Source of the DNA: a bacterium | GTDB taxonomy: Bacteria; Patescibacteriota; Patescibacteriia; Patescibacteriales; JAKAJF01 | DNA length: 64,000 bases | Assembly (NCBI GenBank): GCA_021788015.1 | Contig: JAJYLD010000006.1 | Coordinates: forward strand, 1,744-65,743 | Direction of reading: 5' to 3' | In this document: positions 43,397 through 53,176 of the stretch, piece by piece | Layout: every line of letters starts with the position of its first letter | Numbering within the stretch: the first letter of the stretch is position 1 | Position numbers and translations under genes: made by a program | Notes under the pieces: generated by a model | Databases searched by the model: none | What the model saw: the letters and a program-made list of their open reading frames with translations, nothing else | What the model was told of the DNA's origin: nothing

Positions 43397-45841
43397 TTAA
43401 AAGTCTCTTATCTTAGCCTCGAACTTCTCTTCAAGATTTTTTATTAATCCATTCTGAATTTCATCGACTTCCGCCGCGGTCAGAGTCCTGTCGGTTTGAT
43501 ACATAACATGAAAAGCCAAACTCTTTTTATCCTTGCCCAGCTTTTCGCCCTGATAAACGTCGAACAATTCCACTTTTTTTATAATCGGGCTGAAATTTTC
43601 GATTTCTTTCTTAATATCACTGTACCATATTTTTGCGTTAATCACAAAAGCCAAGTCGCGCGAAGCGATCGGGTATTTTTCCAAAGGCGTATAAACGCCG
43701 GCGACACCCGCGGAGACCAAAGCGAACAAATCTTTAAAGCTCATTTCCGCGAGTAAAACTTCTTTTTTGAGTCCGAGTTTTTTCCCGAGTTGAAAATCGA
43801 GCTTTGCGATTGCTCCGATCCGTTTTCCTCCGGAAACGAGGCCGGCGCAGATTTCCGTATCCGCCCAAACCGGTTTTATTTCGAGTTCCTTGTATTCCAA
43901 ATCCAATTTTAAGAAAGAAAAAAGATATTCCAAAACGCCCTTTAAGCGGCCAAAAAGTTCCAAATCGGAATCTCCGCCCAAAGTGACGCCCAAATGTTTT
44001 TCCTGATAAGGAAGCATTTCCCGTTTGACTGCGTCCTTATTGACATCTCCCGACAACGGCGAAAACACGCTTCCGATTTCGAATATTCCGACCGAATCGA
44101 ATCTTGCCTGATTTGCGCGTATATTGTTTATCAAATTGGTAGCCAAATTTTGGCGAAGAAGATTTTGATTCGAAGCGATCGGATTTGAAAGACGCACGTA
44201 ATTATCGGCATCAAATCCCATTTTCTTGATTTGTTCTTCGCTTACGAAAGAATAATTATAAACTTCGGTCAAGGCCGGTGCGCCGACAAGAATATTTTTA
44301 ACTTTTCTTTCCAAAATTTTTTCTTCGTTTTCAATAGGCGCCCCAATCTCAACGCGGGGCATGCTCGGCCGCAAATTGTCAAAGCCGTAAATTCGCGCCA
44401 CTTCTTCGACCAAATCCTCCGGTATGGAAATGTCCCTGGTCGCGCGCCAAGTGGGAACGGTAACGCGCAACTCATGCTCCCCTTTTTCGACTCCGAAACC
44501 CAAACTCGATAAAATTTTGATGACTTTTCTCGTTTCGATTTTTTCTCCCAGTCTCTTGCCGAGCCATTTTAAATCCAGAACAATGGGTCCTTGGTTCAAT
44601 TTAAAACTTTTCTCGTCGACCAAATTGCTCGCCACTTTCGCTTCCGGACAAAGCTTTTTTATGAGTTCGACCGCGCGCAACAAAGCGGTTTCGCAATTAT
44701 TCGGATCCAAAGCTTTCTCAAAACGCACGGACGAATCCGTTCTTAAATCGAGTTCGCGCGCCGTTTTTCTGACGGAAATAAAATTAAAATTGGCCGATTC
44801 AAGAACAACCGCCTTTGTTTCCTCGTTGATTTCCGAACTGGCGCCACCCATCACCCCGGCGACGGCTAACGGTTTTTCTTCGTTCGCGATTAAAAGCATA
44901 TTTTCGTTCAGTTCTCTTTCGCGACCATCCAATGTTTCAATAGTCTGTCCCTTTTTCGCCGTCCGCACGATTATCCTTAATCTGCCTAAGTCCGCGTTTT
45001 TGCCGGCGTAAATCCGCGCCATGTCGAAAGCGTGCAGAGGCTGACCCGATTCAAGCATAACATAATTGGTCACGTCCACAATATTGTTAATCGGACGCAA
45101 ACCGGCGGCGATCAATCTATCCTCGATCCATTTCGGCGACTTCTCGATTTTTATGTTTTCCAAAGCGACGGCCATGTAGCGCGGACACAAATCGGAATTT
45201 TCCACCTTGGCTTCGAGCTTAACGGCTCCGGTCGATTCCAAAATCTTCGGATCCGGTTTGTATTCCTTTAATTTATGATTCAAAAAGACGGCAATCTCTC
45301 TGGCCATGCCGTAATGACTCCAAAGATCCGGCCTGTGGGTTATGGATTTATTATCGACTTCAAAAATAACATCGTTCAAAACCAAATAGTCGGCCAAAGG
45401 TTTGCCCAACTTCGGTTTGCCTTCCAAAATCAGGATCCCGGAATGATCGACGCCGAGACCGAGTTCGTCCGGCGCGCAAAGCATTCCTTCCGATTTTACT
45501 CCTCTGACTTCCGCTTCTTTTATCTCCGTTCCATTCGGCAGATTCGCTCCGGGCAGGGCCACGGGCACAAATTGACGGGGAGCGATATTGGGAGCGCCGC
45601 AAACGATTTGTCTCTTTTCTTTTTCGCCGATATCAACCGTGGCGATCTGCAAGCGGTCGGCGTTAGGATGCTTTTCCACTTTCAAAATTTTTCCGACCAC
45701 AACGTTTTTATATTTGTCCGCCTGTTTCATGATACTTTCAACTTCCACGGTATGAGTCGTCAAAAGCAAACCTAATTTCTCCGGAGTTATTTTCTTCGGA
45801 ATATCGACAAAATCTTTTAGCCAGTTTAAGGATAGTTGCAT
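43397..45841 (-). CDS. pheT: Phenylalanyl-tRNA synthetase beta subunit
   Basis: 814 aa. tRNA-binding OB domain N-terminus (VVGKILKVEKHPNADRL), plus B3/4, B5 and FDX-ACB domains. Confidence 0.95.
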   Translation of the reverse strand: MQLSLNWLKDFVDIPKKITPEKLGLLLTTHTVEVESIMKQADKYKNVVVGKILKVEKHPNADRLQIATVDIGEKEKRQIVCGAPNIAPRQFVPVALPGANLPNGTEIKEAEVRGVKSEGMLCAPDELGLGVDHSGILILEGKPKLGKPLADYLVLNDVIFEVDNKSITHRPDLWSHYGMAREIAVFLNHKLKEYKPDPKILESTGAVKLEAKVENSDLCPRYMAVALENIKIEKSPKWIEDRLIAAGLRPINNIVDVTNYVMLESGQPLHAFDMARIYAGKNADLGRLRIIVRTAKKGQTIETLDGRERELNENMLLIANEEKPLAVAGVMGGASSEINEETKAVVLESANFNFISVRKTARELDLRTDSSVRFEKALDPNNCETALLRAVELIKKLCPEAKVASNLVDEKSFKLNQGPIVLDLKWLGKRLGEKIETRKVIKILSSLGFGVEKGEHELRVTVPTWRATRDISIPEDLVEEVARIYGFDNLRPSMPRVEIGAPIENEEKILERKVKNILVGAPALTEVYNYSFVSEEQIKKMGFDADNYVRLSNPIASNQNLLRQNLATNLINNIRANQARFDSVGIFEIGSVFSPLSGDVNKDAVKREMLPYQEKHLGVTLGGDSDLELFGRLKGVLEYLFSFLKLDLEYKELEIKPVWADTEICAGLVSGGKRIGAIAKLDFQLGKKLGLKKEVLLAEMSFKDLFALVSAGVAGVYTPLEKYPIASRDLAFVINAKIWYSDIKKEIENFSPIIKKVELFDVYQGEKLGKDKKSLAFHVMYQTDRTLTAAEVDEIQNGLIKNLEEKFEAKIRDF

Positions 45842-45959
45842 AATGGTAACTCCTCTCCTTACTAACCTGCCTGCCGGCAGACAGGGGAGATGCTGGGTAA
45901 GGTTTCGTCTAAAAAAGGAAACCGCCCCTTAATCCCCTCCTTAGTAAGGAGGGGAAATT
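45842..45959. repeat. 118-bp hairpin-module insertion between pheS and pheT
   Basis: Shares modules with families 1 and 2: GGTAACTCCTC, ACCTGCCTGCCGGCAG, GGTTTC..GAAACC, CCCCTCCTTA-G-TAAGGAGGGG (45934-45954). Confidence 0.6.
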
Positions 45960-46991
45960 TTAAAACTGTTTCAGGAAACGAAGATCTCCGCCATTAAACA
46001 AACGGATGTCTTCGATTCCGTATTTCATCATCGCCAATCTGGTCAAGCCCAAGCCGAAAGCGAATCCGGAATAGATATCGGGGTCGATTCCGCCCGCCCT
46101 TAAAACGTTCGGATGGACCATACCGGCCGGCAATAATTCGAGCCATCCGCTATGTTTGCACGCCGGGCAGCCTGCGCCGCCGCATAAAGCGCATTTTATG
46201 TCCAATTCTATCCCCGGTTCGACAAACGGGAAATAACCCGGTCTTATCCTCGTGTCGACTGCTCTTTTAAAAATGCCGTTTAACAGCTGTTTTAACGTGA
46301 AAATAAGATTATCGATCGATATGTCTTTGTCTACCATCAATCCTTCCATCTGATAAAAAGTGTGCTCATGGCTGGCGTCTATATTTTCCGAACGAAAGAC
46401 TCTGCCCGGAACCACGCCGCGAAAAGGCGCGCCGTATTTTTGCATAGCCCGGATTTGCACGGGCGAAGTGTGCGTCCTCAACACCAAGTCACTTACACCG
46501 GTCCCGTCCGCATCGGTCCGCGCTATGTAAAATGTGTCTTGCATGTCGCGAGCGGGATGATAAGGAGGGATGTTTAAGGCTTCAAAATTATAATAATCGG
46601 ACTCCAATTCCGGCCCGTCCAGAATCATAAAGCCCATGGAAGTAAAAATGTTTTCCAAATCATTTTGTACAAGAGTTATGGGGTGAAGATGGCCGCCTTC
46701 GATTTTTTCGCCCGGCAAGGTGATATCGATGAATCCGCGTTCGCGTTTCCCCCCGAAAAAAATTCTCTTTTCTTCAAATTTTTTCGCCAATTCATTTTTA
46801 ATTTCATTGCCCAACGCGCCGAAGATTTTTTTCTCTTCCCCGTTCAAGCTCGGAATCGATTTCAAAATTTCCGCCAACTCCCCTTTGCGGCCGAGGTATT
46901 TTATTTCCAAGTCGCGAAAAGAATTTAAATCGGAAACTCTTTCCAATTCTCGCAAAGCCTTATCTTTAAGTTGTCGCAATTTTTCTTCCAT
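45960..46991 (-). CDS. pheS: Phenylalanyl-tRNA synthetase alpha subunit
   Basis: 343 aa. Class II motifs (HPARDMQDTFY, FRSENIDASHEHTFYQMEG, GFAFGLGLTRL). Confidence 0.95.
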   Translation of the reverse strand: MEEKLRQLKDKALRELERVSDLNSFRDLEIKYLGRKGELAEILKSIPSLNGEEKKIFGALGNEIKNELAKKFEEKRIFFGGKRERGFIDITLPGEKIEGGHLHPITLVQNDLENIFTSMGFMILDGPELESDYYNFEALNIPPYHPARDMQDTFYIARTDADGTGVSDLVLRTHTSPVQIRAMQKYGAPFRGVVPGRVFRSENIDASHEHTFYQMEGLMVDKDISIDNLIFTLKQLLNGIFKRAVDTRIRPGYFPFVEPGIELDIKCALCGGAGCPACKHSGWLELLPAGMVHPNVLRAGGIDPDIYSGFAFGLGLTRLAMMKYGIEDIRLFNGGDLRFLKQF

Positions 46992-47014
46992 AATTTACGA
47001 ATTTGTGAATTATA

Positions 47015-47070
47015 TGCGAATCTGCGAGCATGCGAATTTTTAAATCAATTCGCGAGTTCGCAGATTCGCG
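47015..47070. repeat. Long imperfect palindrome built from 8-bp units (TGCGAnnn / nnnTCGCA) upstream of pheS
   Basis: Left arm TGCGAATCTGCGAGCATGCGAATTT; right arm CAATTCGCGAGTTCGCAGATTCGCG. 21 of 25 positions are complementary by hand alignment. Confidence 0.6.
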
Positions 47071-47088
47071 CCCATTCGTAGTTTCGCA

Positions 47089-47472
47089 TTATGCTTTCTT
47101 ATAACTAATTAAAAAAAACTCAAGCACGGACAAACCGATAATCAATAAAATCAAATTCAACCAGCTGAATAAATTTTTCGAAAGGAGAAGCAGGCTGACG
47201 ACAATCAAAGTCGCGAACAAAAATGATTGGCGGAAAGCTTCGGAAACGGAACGAAAAGCGAGCTCATGTTTAAGTCTGACAAATCTCACGAAAAAACCGA
47301 TGATGGCCGCGCTCCCGACCAAAGACAAAAACAAAGACAGATAAAACAACAAAAAGCCGACGAGATTCGTCGTGTACGGGTTAACGGACAAGATCACAAA
47401 GAAAAAAGTAATCCAGCAGATTACCGTCGAAGAAATCATTGTCAGGAGATATTGACGCAAAGTCATAAACAA
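47089..47472 (-). CDS. Four-TM membrane protein of unknown function
   Basis: 127-aa ORF, hydrophobic throughout. Confidence 0.5.
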   Translation of the reverse strand: MFMTLRQYLLTMISSTVICWITFFFVILSVNPYTTNLVGFLLFYLSLFLSLVGSAAIIGFFVRFVRLKHELAFRSVSEAFRQSFLFATLIVVSLLLLSKNLFSWLNLILLIIGLSVLEFFLISYKKA

Positions 47473-47546
47473 CGCTTAACTTTTAACAATTAACGTTTCA
47501 TTTTTAAATTACCATTTTTTTATTAAAATTTCAAGGTTATTTGGCT

Positions 47547-47725
47547 TTTAAAGCACTGAGGGGTTTGGGGGCGGAATTGAGTCCCGCCGACGGCGGGAAG
47601 AGAACCTTAAGACAATCAATGTGATAGCGAATTGGAGCCCCCGAAACTTCCCGCCCGCATCGCTATGCGAAGCATTGTGGGCGGGTTTGCCTGCTTGGCG
47701 CCTGTCCGCCTCTGGCGGAGTTACA
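47547..47725 (+). repeat. Family-1 repeat, copy F
   Basis: TTTTAAAGCACTGAGGGGTTTGGGGGCGGAATTGAG; TCCCGCC-GA-CGGCGGGA (47582-47598); ATCAATGTGATAGCGAATTGGAGCCCCCGAAACTT; CCCGCCCGCA..TGTGGGCGGG; variant 3' end with CCGCC-TCT-GGCGG. Confidence 0.75.
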
Positions 47726-47746
47726 AAAAGTGAGCTAGCACAACAC

Positions 47747-50700
47747 CTACTTCCTAAACTCACAAATGTCCCTGTAATCGCAATACTGACAATTGAATCC
47801 TGGGTTGGGAGCGAAGTTGCACTTTTTAATTTCCTCGATGCGTTCTTTAATCTGCTCCTTCACTTTTTCCACGTCCTTATCCTTCGCTTCAAAAGAAACT
47901 TTCTCTCCGTTTTCAAGATAATAATAAGACAGCTTGGAAGCGTTCAGGCCAAACACCTCTTCGGCCGCGATTTTGTATAAGATGAGTTGTTTTTTCTCGT
48001 CAAAGGCCAGTTTCTCTTTCGGTTTGCCGGTTTTGTAATCGATAATTTCAATTTCCTTTTCGTCGATTCTGTCCATACGATCGATCGCGCCTTTCAAAAC
48101 ATAATCCGCTATTTTCAAATTAAAACTTTTTTCGAGAAACATGGTTTTCGGCCAGCCGTTACGCTCGATTTTCGCGTAAAAATCTTTCAAAATTTCCTTG
48201 CCTCTTTTTTTGAATTTTTCCCTTTCCTCTTTCGAAGAAAAACCGTCGTCATGCCAATATTTTTCATACGCTTCCAGCAAATCTTTTTCCGTCGGGCGCT
48301 CTATTTTTTTCGCGCCGCCGAACAGAGTTTGCTGCATTCCGTTTTCGCCCAAAAGCGGCAGAAGAAAATCGCGTAAAGTGTTATGCATGACCCGACCGAA
48401 GATGAAACTGACTTTGTCCTCGACCGGAATTTTTAAGATAAAACCGAATTTGTATTGCAAAGGGCAATTCGAGTATGCTTCGATTTGCGAAAAGGAAAAT
48501 TTGGAAGGCAATCTGTATTTCACTTCAGTCGCCCTTTCCTTTTTCTCCAAATTTTCCAGGTCTTTCAATAAGCCGTTTTCTTTTTTATTTTTCTTTTCCA
48601 TTTTCTCCGGTTCGCGGAATCCTGATTCAAGAATGAATTTCGAAACTTTTTTCTCTCGCTCGCCACCGTAATCGGAAGCGCTCGTTAAGAACAAAGCGTC
48701 CCGCGCCCGTGTCATGGCCACGTAAAAAAGTCTGCGTTCTTCTTCGATATGGACGTCGCCTTCCTGCAATTTTTCTCGAACCAATCCGTCCGGAATGGAA
48801 ATTTTTTCGCTCCGATTGACGACCGGAAATTTTTTATCGACCATGCTCGGAATAAAAACGTATTTGAATTCAAGCCCTTTCGCCGAGTGCACGGTCATGA
48901 TTTTGACCGTATCGTCATCGTCAAAATTCAATTCCAATCCGCCCGTCTCCCCCGCTTCGAATTCGAGATTGAGAATTTCCATAAAATTTTTCAGTTTCGC
49001 TTCCGGATTCGCCTCTTCGAATTTTTTAATCCGTTTATAAAACTGGTTCAGATAATCGTATTGCGTTCTGTGCAAATCATGATCCAATTTATTCAACCCG
49101 GAATCATTGATAAAATGCACGTAGATTTTCGAAGCTTTTTCTTTTTGGGCGAGAAGAGAATGTTTTTTTAAAAAAGCCGTGAGTTTGGCCGCATTGGCGG
49201 TCCCCTCCGAACCGACATTCGGGATGGCGTTGATATTTTGCAAAGCTTCGTATAAAGACCAGGCCTTTCTGCGCGCGAACTTGTTGATATTGATTATGTC
49301 TTCATGGCTCACTTTAAATATTCCCATGTTGAGAACGCGAAAAAGAGCCGCGGATTCGTGATAATTGTCCAAAAGTTTCAAATAGGCGATAACATCCAAA
49401 ATGATCGGCTTAAAATAAAGGCCGCGCAAAGACACGAACTGGTTGGGGATGTTTTTGCGCGATAGTTCGGCCACGAATTTGTCGGCGGTATCGTTCGCCC
49501 GGACAAGAATCGCGAAATCGGACCAGTTAATTTCTTTTCCTTTTTTGTAAAGCGCGATTATTTTTTCCGCGATCGCTTCCGTTTCTTCGTTTTCGGACGC
49601 GAAATGAAGATGCGAAACCGCCCCCCCCTCAAAGGGAGAATTAAGGGGGCTTCTCATCGCTTTCAGTTTTTTGTTTATTCCCAATTTCACTTCCAGCCGG
49701 TTCGGATCGTTATGGCCGATGAATTCATAAGCGGAGTCGAGAATCTTTTGGCCGGAACGATAGTTTTCGGATAAAACCGCTTCTTTCGCTTTGGGAAAAT
49801 CGTTTTTGAATTGCATGATATTCGAAAGCGAAGCGCCGCGGAATTTATAAATCGCCTGGTCGTCGTCTCCGACCACGACCAGATTATTTTCCGGCGCGGC
49901 CAAAATTTTAATGAGCTCGTATTGCGACCAGTTTGTATCTTGAAATTCATCGACCATAATGAATTTGAATTTTTCACGATAGAATTTTAAAATGTTCGGC
50001 CGTTCTTTGAAAAGTTTGATCGTATAAAAAATCAAATCTCCGAAATCCAAAAGGCTTTCATCGAGAAGAATTTGATTATAAACATGGTAAGCGTTGGCCA
50101 ATTCTTTTATTCTGGACATTTCCAACTCGTCTGAATCAGGAATTATGAATTGTGAATCATGGGACTTTTCATTTTTTAGTTTTAAATTATCATTTTTATT
50201 TTTTATTTTTAATTTTTTATCTCTCCCTCCCCTCATCGCATTGTCCGTATTTAATTCTAAGCTTTCGGCATATTCCAAATACTCTTTCGGCGTGATATTC
50301 TCGTCCTTCAAGCGGGAAAAATGTTTGATCAAGTCTTGAATGAATTTTGTCGGATTGCCGAGCGGCTTGTAATAATCCAAATCAAATTTATGCAAATTTT
50401 TTCGGATGAGGATCCATTGTTCCGTCCGGTCGAGGAGTTTGAAGTCCGCCGGTAAGCCGATGTCGAGAGCGTGCTCCCTTAGAATGCGCTCGCAAAATCC
50501 GTGAAAAGTATTGATCCATAAATCTACATAGCCGTAAGGCAAAATTTTATCCGCCCGTTCCTCCATTTCTCCGGCCGCTTTTTCCGTAAACGTGGTCACC
50601 AAAATTTCATCCGGTTCGGCCAGATTGTTTTTAATCAAAAAGGCGAGCCTTTCGACCAAGACCGTTGTTTTACCCGTACCGGCGCCAGCCACAATTAAAA

Positions 50701-50767
50701 GAGGTCCATCCCTATGCGTAACCGCTTCGAGTTGCTCCTTGTTTAATTTTTTCTCTGTCTTCACCAT
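47747..50767 (-). CDS. UvrD/PcrA-type helicase fused to a C-terminal PD-(D/E)XK (Cas4/AddB-like) nuclease domain
   Basis: 1006 aa. Walker A AGAGTGKTT, helicase motifs, C-terminal DRMDRI..EIIDYKTG and a Cys cluster (C..CQYCDYRDIC). Confidence 0.85.
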   Translation of the reverse strand: MVKTEKKLNKEQLEAVTHRDGPLLIVAGAGTGKTTVLVERLAFLIKNNLAEPDEILVTTFTEKAAGEMEERADKILPYGYVDLWINTFHGFCERILREHALDIGLPADFKLLDRTEQWILIRKNLHKFDLDYYKPLGNPTKFIQDLIKHFSRLKDENITPKEYLEYAESLELNTDNAMRGGRDKKLKIKNKNDNLKLKNEKSHDSQFIIPDSDELEMSRIKELANAYHVYNQILLDESLLDFGDLIFYTIKLFKERPNILKFYREKFKFIMVDEFQDTNWSQYELIKILAAPENNLVVVGDDDQAIYKFRGASLSNIMQFKNDFPKAKEAVLSENYRSGQKILDSAYEFIGHNDPNRLEVKLGINKKLKAMRSPLNSPFEGGAVSHLHFASENEETEAIAEKIIALYKKGKEINWSDFAILVRANDTADKFVAELSRKNIPNQFVSLRGLYFKPIILDVIAYLKLLDNYHESAALFRVLNMGIFKVSHEDIININKFARRKAWSLYEALQNINAIPNVGSEGTANAAKLTAFLKKHSLLAQKEKASKIYVHFINDSGLNKLDHDLHRTQYDYLNQFYKRIKKFEEANPEAKLKNFMEILNLEFEAGETGGLELNFDDDDTVKIMTVHSAKGLEFKYVFIPSMVDKKFPVVNRSEKISIPDGLVREKLQEGDVHIEEERRLFYVAMTRARDALFLTSASDYGGEREKKVSKFILESGFREPEKMEKKNKKENGLLKDLENLEKKERATEVKYRLPSKFSFSQIEAYSNCPLQYKFGFILKIPVEDKVSFIFGRVMHNTLRDFLLPLLGENGMQQTLFGGAKKIERPTEKDLLEAYEKYWHDDGFSSKEEREKFKKRGKEILKDFYAKIERNGWPKTMFLEKSFNLKIADYVLKGAIDRMDRIDEKEIEIIDYKTGKPKEKLAFDEKKQLILYKIAAEEVFGLNASKLSYYYLENGEKVSFEAKDKDVEKVKEQIKERIEEIKKCNFAPNPGFNCQYCDYRDICEFRK
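50131..50163. repeat. Copy of the recG palindromic-element arm, in-frame inside the UvrD-like gene
   Basis: CTGAATCAGGAATTATGAATTGTGAATCATGGG. The 18-nt GAATCAGGAATTATGAAT is identical to the reverse complement of recG 22647-22664. Encodes SHDSQFIIPDSD. Confidence 0.6.
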
Positions 50768-50862
50768 CTACAATTTTTAATTTTTAAACAATTTTCAATA
50801 TCTCAATTTTAAAAATTTAGATATTATTTAAAAATTACAAAATTAAAAATTTAAAAATTTTT

Positions 50863-52125
50863 TTACAGTTTGAGCAAATTTTTAAAATTTTTCTCTTCTC
50901 CATACGGTCCGATAACCGCCAAATTCAAACTTTCATTTTTAAAGATGCTCTCGGCCACGCGCTTAATGTCTTTGGCCGTAACATGGTTCACTTTTTTTAA
51001 ATATTCGAGAGGAGTAATCGCTTCGTTTCTTAAGACCATCTGGCGCGCATACCAGCTTGCGTTCGCGTCTGATGATTCGAGCTGAATCGTCAGTCTGCCC
51101 CGGATCAAATCTTTCACTTTCTGCAGCTCCTCTTTACTTACCGGTTCATTCTTCAACCTGTTATATTCTTCCAAAATTACTTTGATCGCATCCTCGATTT
51201 TATCAACCGGCACTCCGGCCTGGGTCGTAATATAGCCGGAATCGGTGTAAAATTCCGTTCCCGTGCGGACATAATAAGCGAGGCCGCGTTCTTCGCGCAA
51301 ACTGTGAAACAAACGCGAGCTCATCGATCCGCCCAAAAGAATGGCTATCACTCTTAAAATATCTTCGTCGGGATGGCCGACCGGAAAAGCGCGCGCGCCC
51401 AAAGACAAATTGGCTTGGTCGGTTTTTTTAAAATTGACCAAGGCATTCGGTTCGGTCTGCTTCTCTTCGGTTGCGAGTTTATTTTTAAACTCCGATCGTT
51501 TCAAATTTGAAAAATATTTTTCAATTTTTTCCACGGTTTCATTTTTAATGTCGCCGGCCAGACAAACAACGGAATTTCCCGCGCCGTATTGGGAAGTCAG
51601 ATAATTTAAAAAGTCTTCGCGTTTGAATTTCTTTATATTTTCTTTCGTGCCGATCGTCTCCCATCCCGCCGGTTGGTCGCCGTAGAGACATTGCTCGAAA
51701 ATATCCTCGATATGATAAATGGGGTTGTCTTCATACATGTTGATCTCTTCGATGATCACGCCCTTTTCTTTTTCGATTTCTTTTTCGTCGAACAAAGAAT
51801 ACAGGAGCATGTCGCTGACGATGTCCATGCCCAGCTCGATTTGCTTCGCGTCGGTTTTCACATAAAAGCCGGTGTATTCTTTGCCGGTAAAAGCATTGAA
51901 TTCCGCGCCCACGGAATCCAGTTCGGAAGACAAGGCCATGGCGTTCGGACGTTTTTCCGTGCCTTTGAAAAACATGTGTTCGAGAAAATGCGAGATGCCG
52001 TTATTTTCCCGGGTTTCGTATTTCGAACCGGTTCCGACCATAACTAAAATAGTGGCCGTTTTCGTGCCACTTACCGGAACCGTTAACAAACGCAAGCCGT
52101 TTTTTAATGTTTGTAGTTTGTACAT
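50863..52125 (-). CDS. M16 family zinc metallopeptidase (pitrilysin-like)
   Basis: 420 aa. Inverted zincin motif HFLEHMFFKG. Confidence 0.85.
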   Translation of the reverse strand: MYKLQTLKNGLRLLTVPVSGTKTATILVMVGTGSKYETRENNGISHFLEHMFFKGTEKRPNAMALSSELDSVGAEFNAFTGKEYTGFYVKTDAKQIELGMDIVSDMLLYSLFDEKEIEKEKGVIIEEINMYEDNPIYHIEDIFEQCLYGDQPAGWETIGTKENIKKFKREDFLNYLTSQYGAGNSVVCLAGDIKNETVEKIEKYFSNLKRSEFKNKLATEEKQTEPNALVNFKKTDQANLSLGARAFPVGHPDEDILRVIAILLGGSMSSRLFHSLREERGLAYYVRTGTEFYTDSGYITTQAGVPVDKIEDAIKVILEEYNRLKNEPVSKEELQKVKDLIRGRLTIQLESSDANASWYARQMVLRNEAITPLEYLKKVNHVTAKDIKRVAESIFKNESLNLAVIGPYGEEKNFKNLLKL

Positions 52126-52269
52126 AATTTATTGTGATTGTAACATGAATTTTGAAAAAAATAAAGTGTACTTTTTGCCATTGCGGCCTCCGAGCCGCAA
52201 TCCAGGAGACAGAGGCGGGTACATGAAAATTTTTTATTAAGTTCCAAGCATGTTTTTTATTTTTGAATT

Positions 52270-52306
52270 CCCCCTCTCCTGATTAGGAGAGGGTTAGGGG
52301 TGAGGG
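52270..52306 (+). repeat. Family-2 CCCTCC/GGAGGG hairpin repeat
   Basis: CCCCCTCTCC-TGATT-AGGAGAGGG followed by TTAGGGGTGAGGG. Confidence 0.65.
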
Positions 52307-52347
52307 CAAAGAAAAACCCCTCGAATAATCAAGAGGTTGTAAAAAAT

Positions 52348-53028
52348 TTAGGCGAGGACGGCCAGGAAGCGGACGTGCCCGCCCCAATAGTTATCAGGGC
52401 TGTCCTGGCTGACATTCAGGCCCCGCTCGGTAACGTTCACATGGAGGTAGAGATACCAGAGCTGGCCGTTTACATCCGTGAACAGAATAGCCAACGGATA
52501 TTTCCGCTGCCGATCGGGAAGGGTGGCGGCATAGCGGAGAGCTGTAAGCGGGTCGGCGAACTTGAAACCGTTAGCGTAGCCGAGCTCCTTGCCCCGCTCC
52601 TTAAGTGCGTTCGGCAGATCACAGTTGTACATGATTTTGTCGAAAGGCACTTCGTGCACTTCCCGGTTGACCTTGCCGGCGCCGACAAGCGGAATGCTCT
52701 CGGGAGCAAGCCCGACATACTTCCATTCGAACTTTCCCTCGTCGATCGCCTTGGCAATGGCGTTCGGCTCGCCGTAATCGACCGGAATGACGCATCTGCC
52801 GATGAAATCATGGAACCGCTTTCCTAAGAACGCTGTCCAGACATCGCGGAGAGCGGGGCCATCGGCCTTGACGAACCTGTCGATATCCGCCGTCGGCACT
52901 CCGCTGAACACGGTTGACTTACGCAAACCGTGCTCCACCATATCCATTACTTTACCGAACAAACCGCTTGTCAAACCTACCTTCACCTTCTTTTTGGATG
53001 GGGACAATACTTCTGACATTGGCGACAT
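52348..53028 (-). CDS. G+C-rich hypothetical protein (no recognisable domain)
   Basis: 226-aa ORF. AGGAGG upstream, so the second ATG at 53019 may be the true start. Flanked by family-2 hairpins. Shadow ORFs on other frames. Confidence 0.5.
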   Translation of the reverse strand: MSPMSEVLSPSKKKVKVGLTSGLFGKVMDMVEHGLRKSTVFSGVPTADIDRFVKADGPALRDVWTAFLGKRFHDFIGRCVIPVDYGEPNAIAKAIDEGKFEWKYVGLAPESIPLVGAGKVNREVHEVPFDKIMYNCDLPNALKERGKELGYANGFKFADPLTALRYAATLPDRQRKYPLAILFTDVNGQLWYLYLHVNVTERGLNVSQDSPDNYWGGHVRFLAVLA

Positions 53029-53128
53029 CCTCCTTTAGTAGCAATTAATCCACAATGCGGATTATAAAACCGACAAAGATCGATGCCATAAATTACCGCA
53101 AAAAAATGGAAATGTCAAATATAAAAAT

Positions 53129-53157
53129 ACCCTCCTTCTAAAGGATGGTTAGGGAGG
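53129..53157 (+). repeat. Family-2 hairpin repeat
   Basis: ACCCTCCTTCTAAAGGATGGTTAGGGAGG. A further hairpin TCCCTCT-TTCG-GAGAGGGA at 53180-53198 supplies the last codons of the next gene. Confidence 0.55.
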
Positions 53158-53176
53158 TTAAAAAATTAGAAACCCA

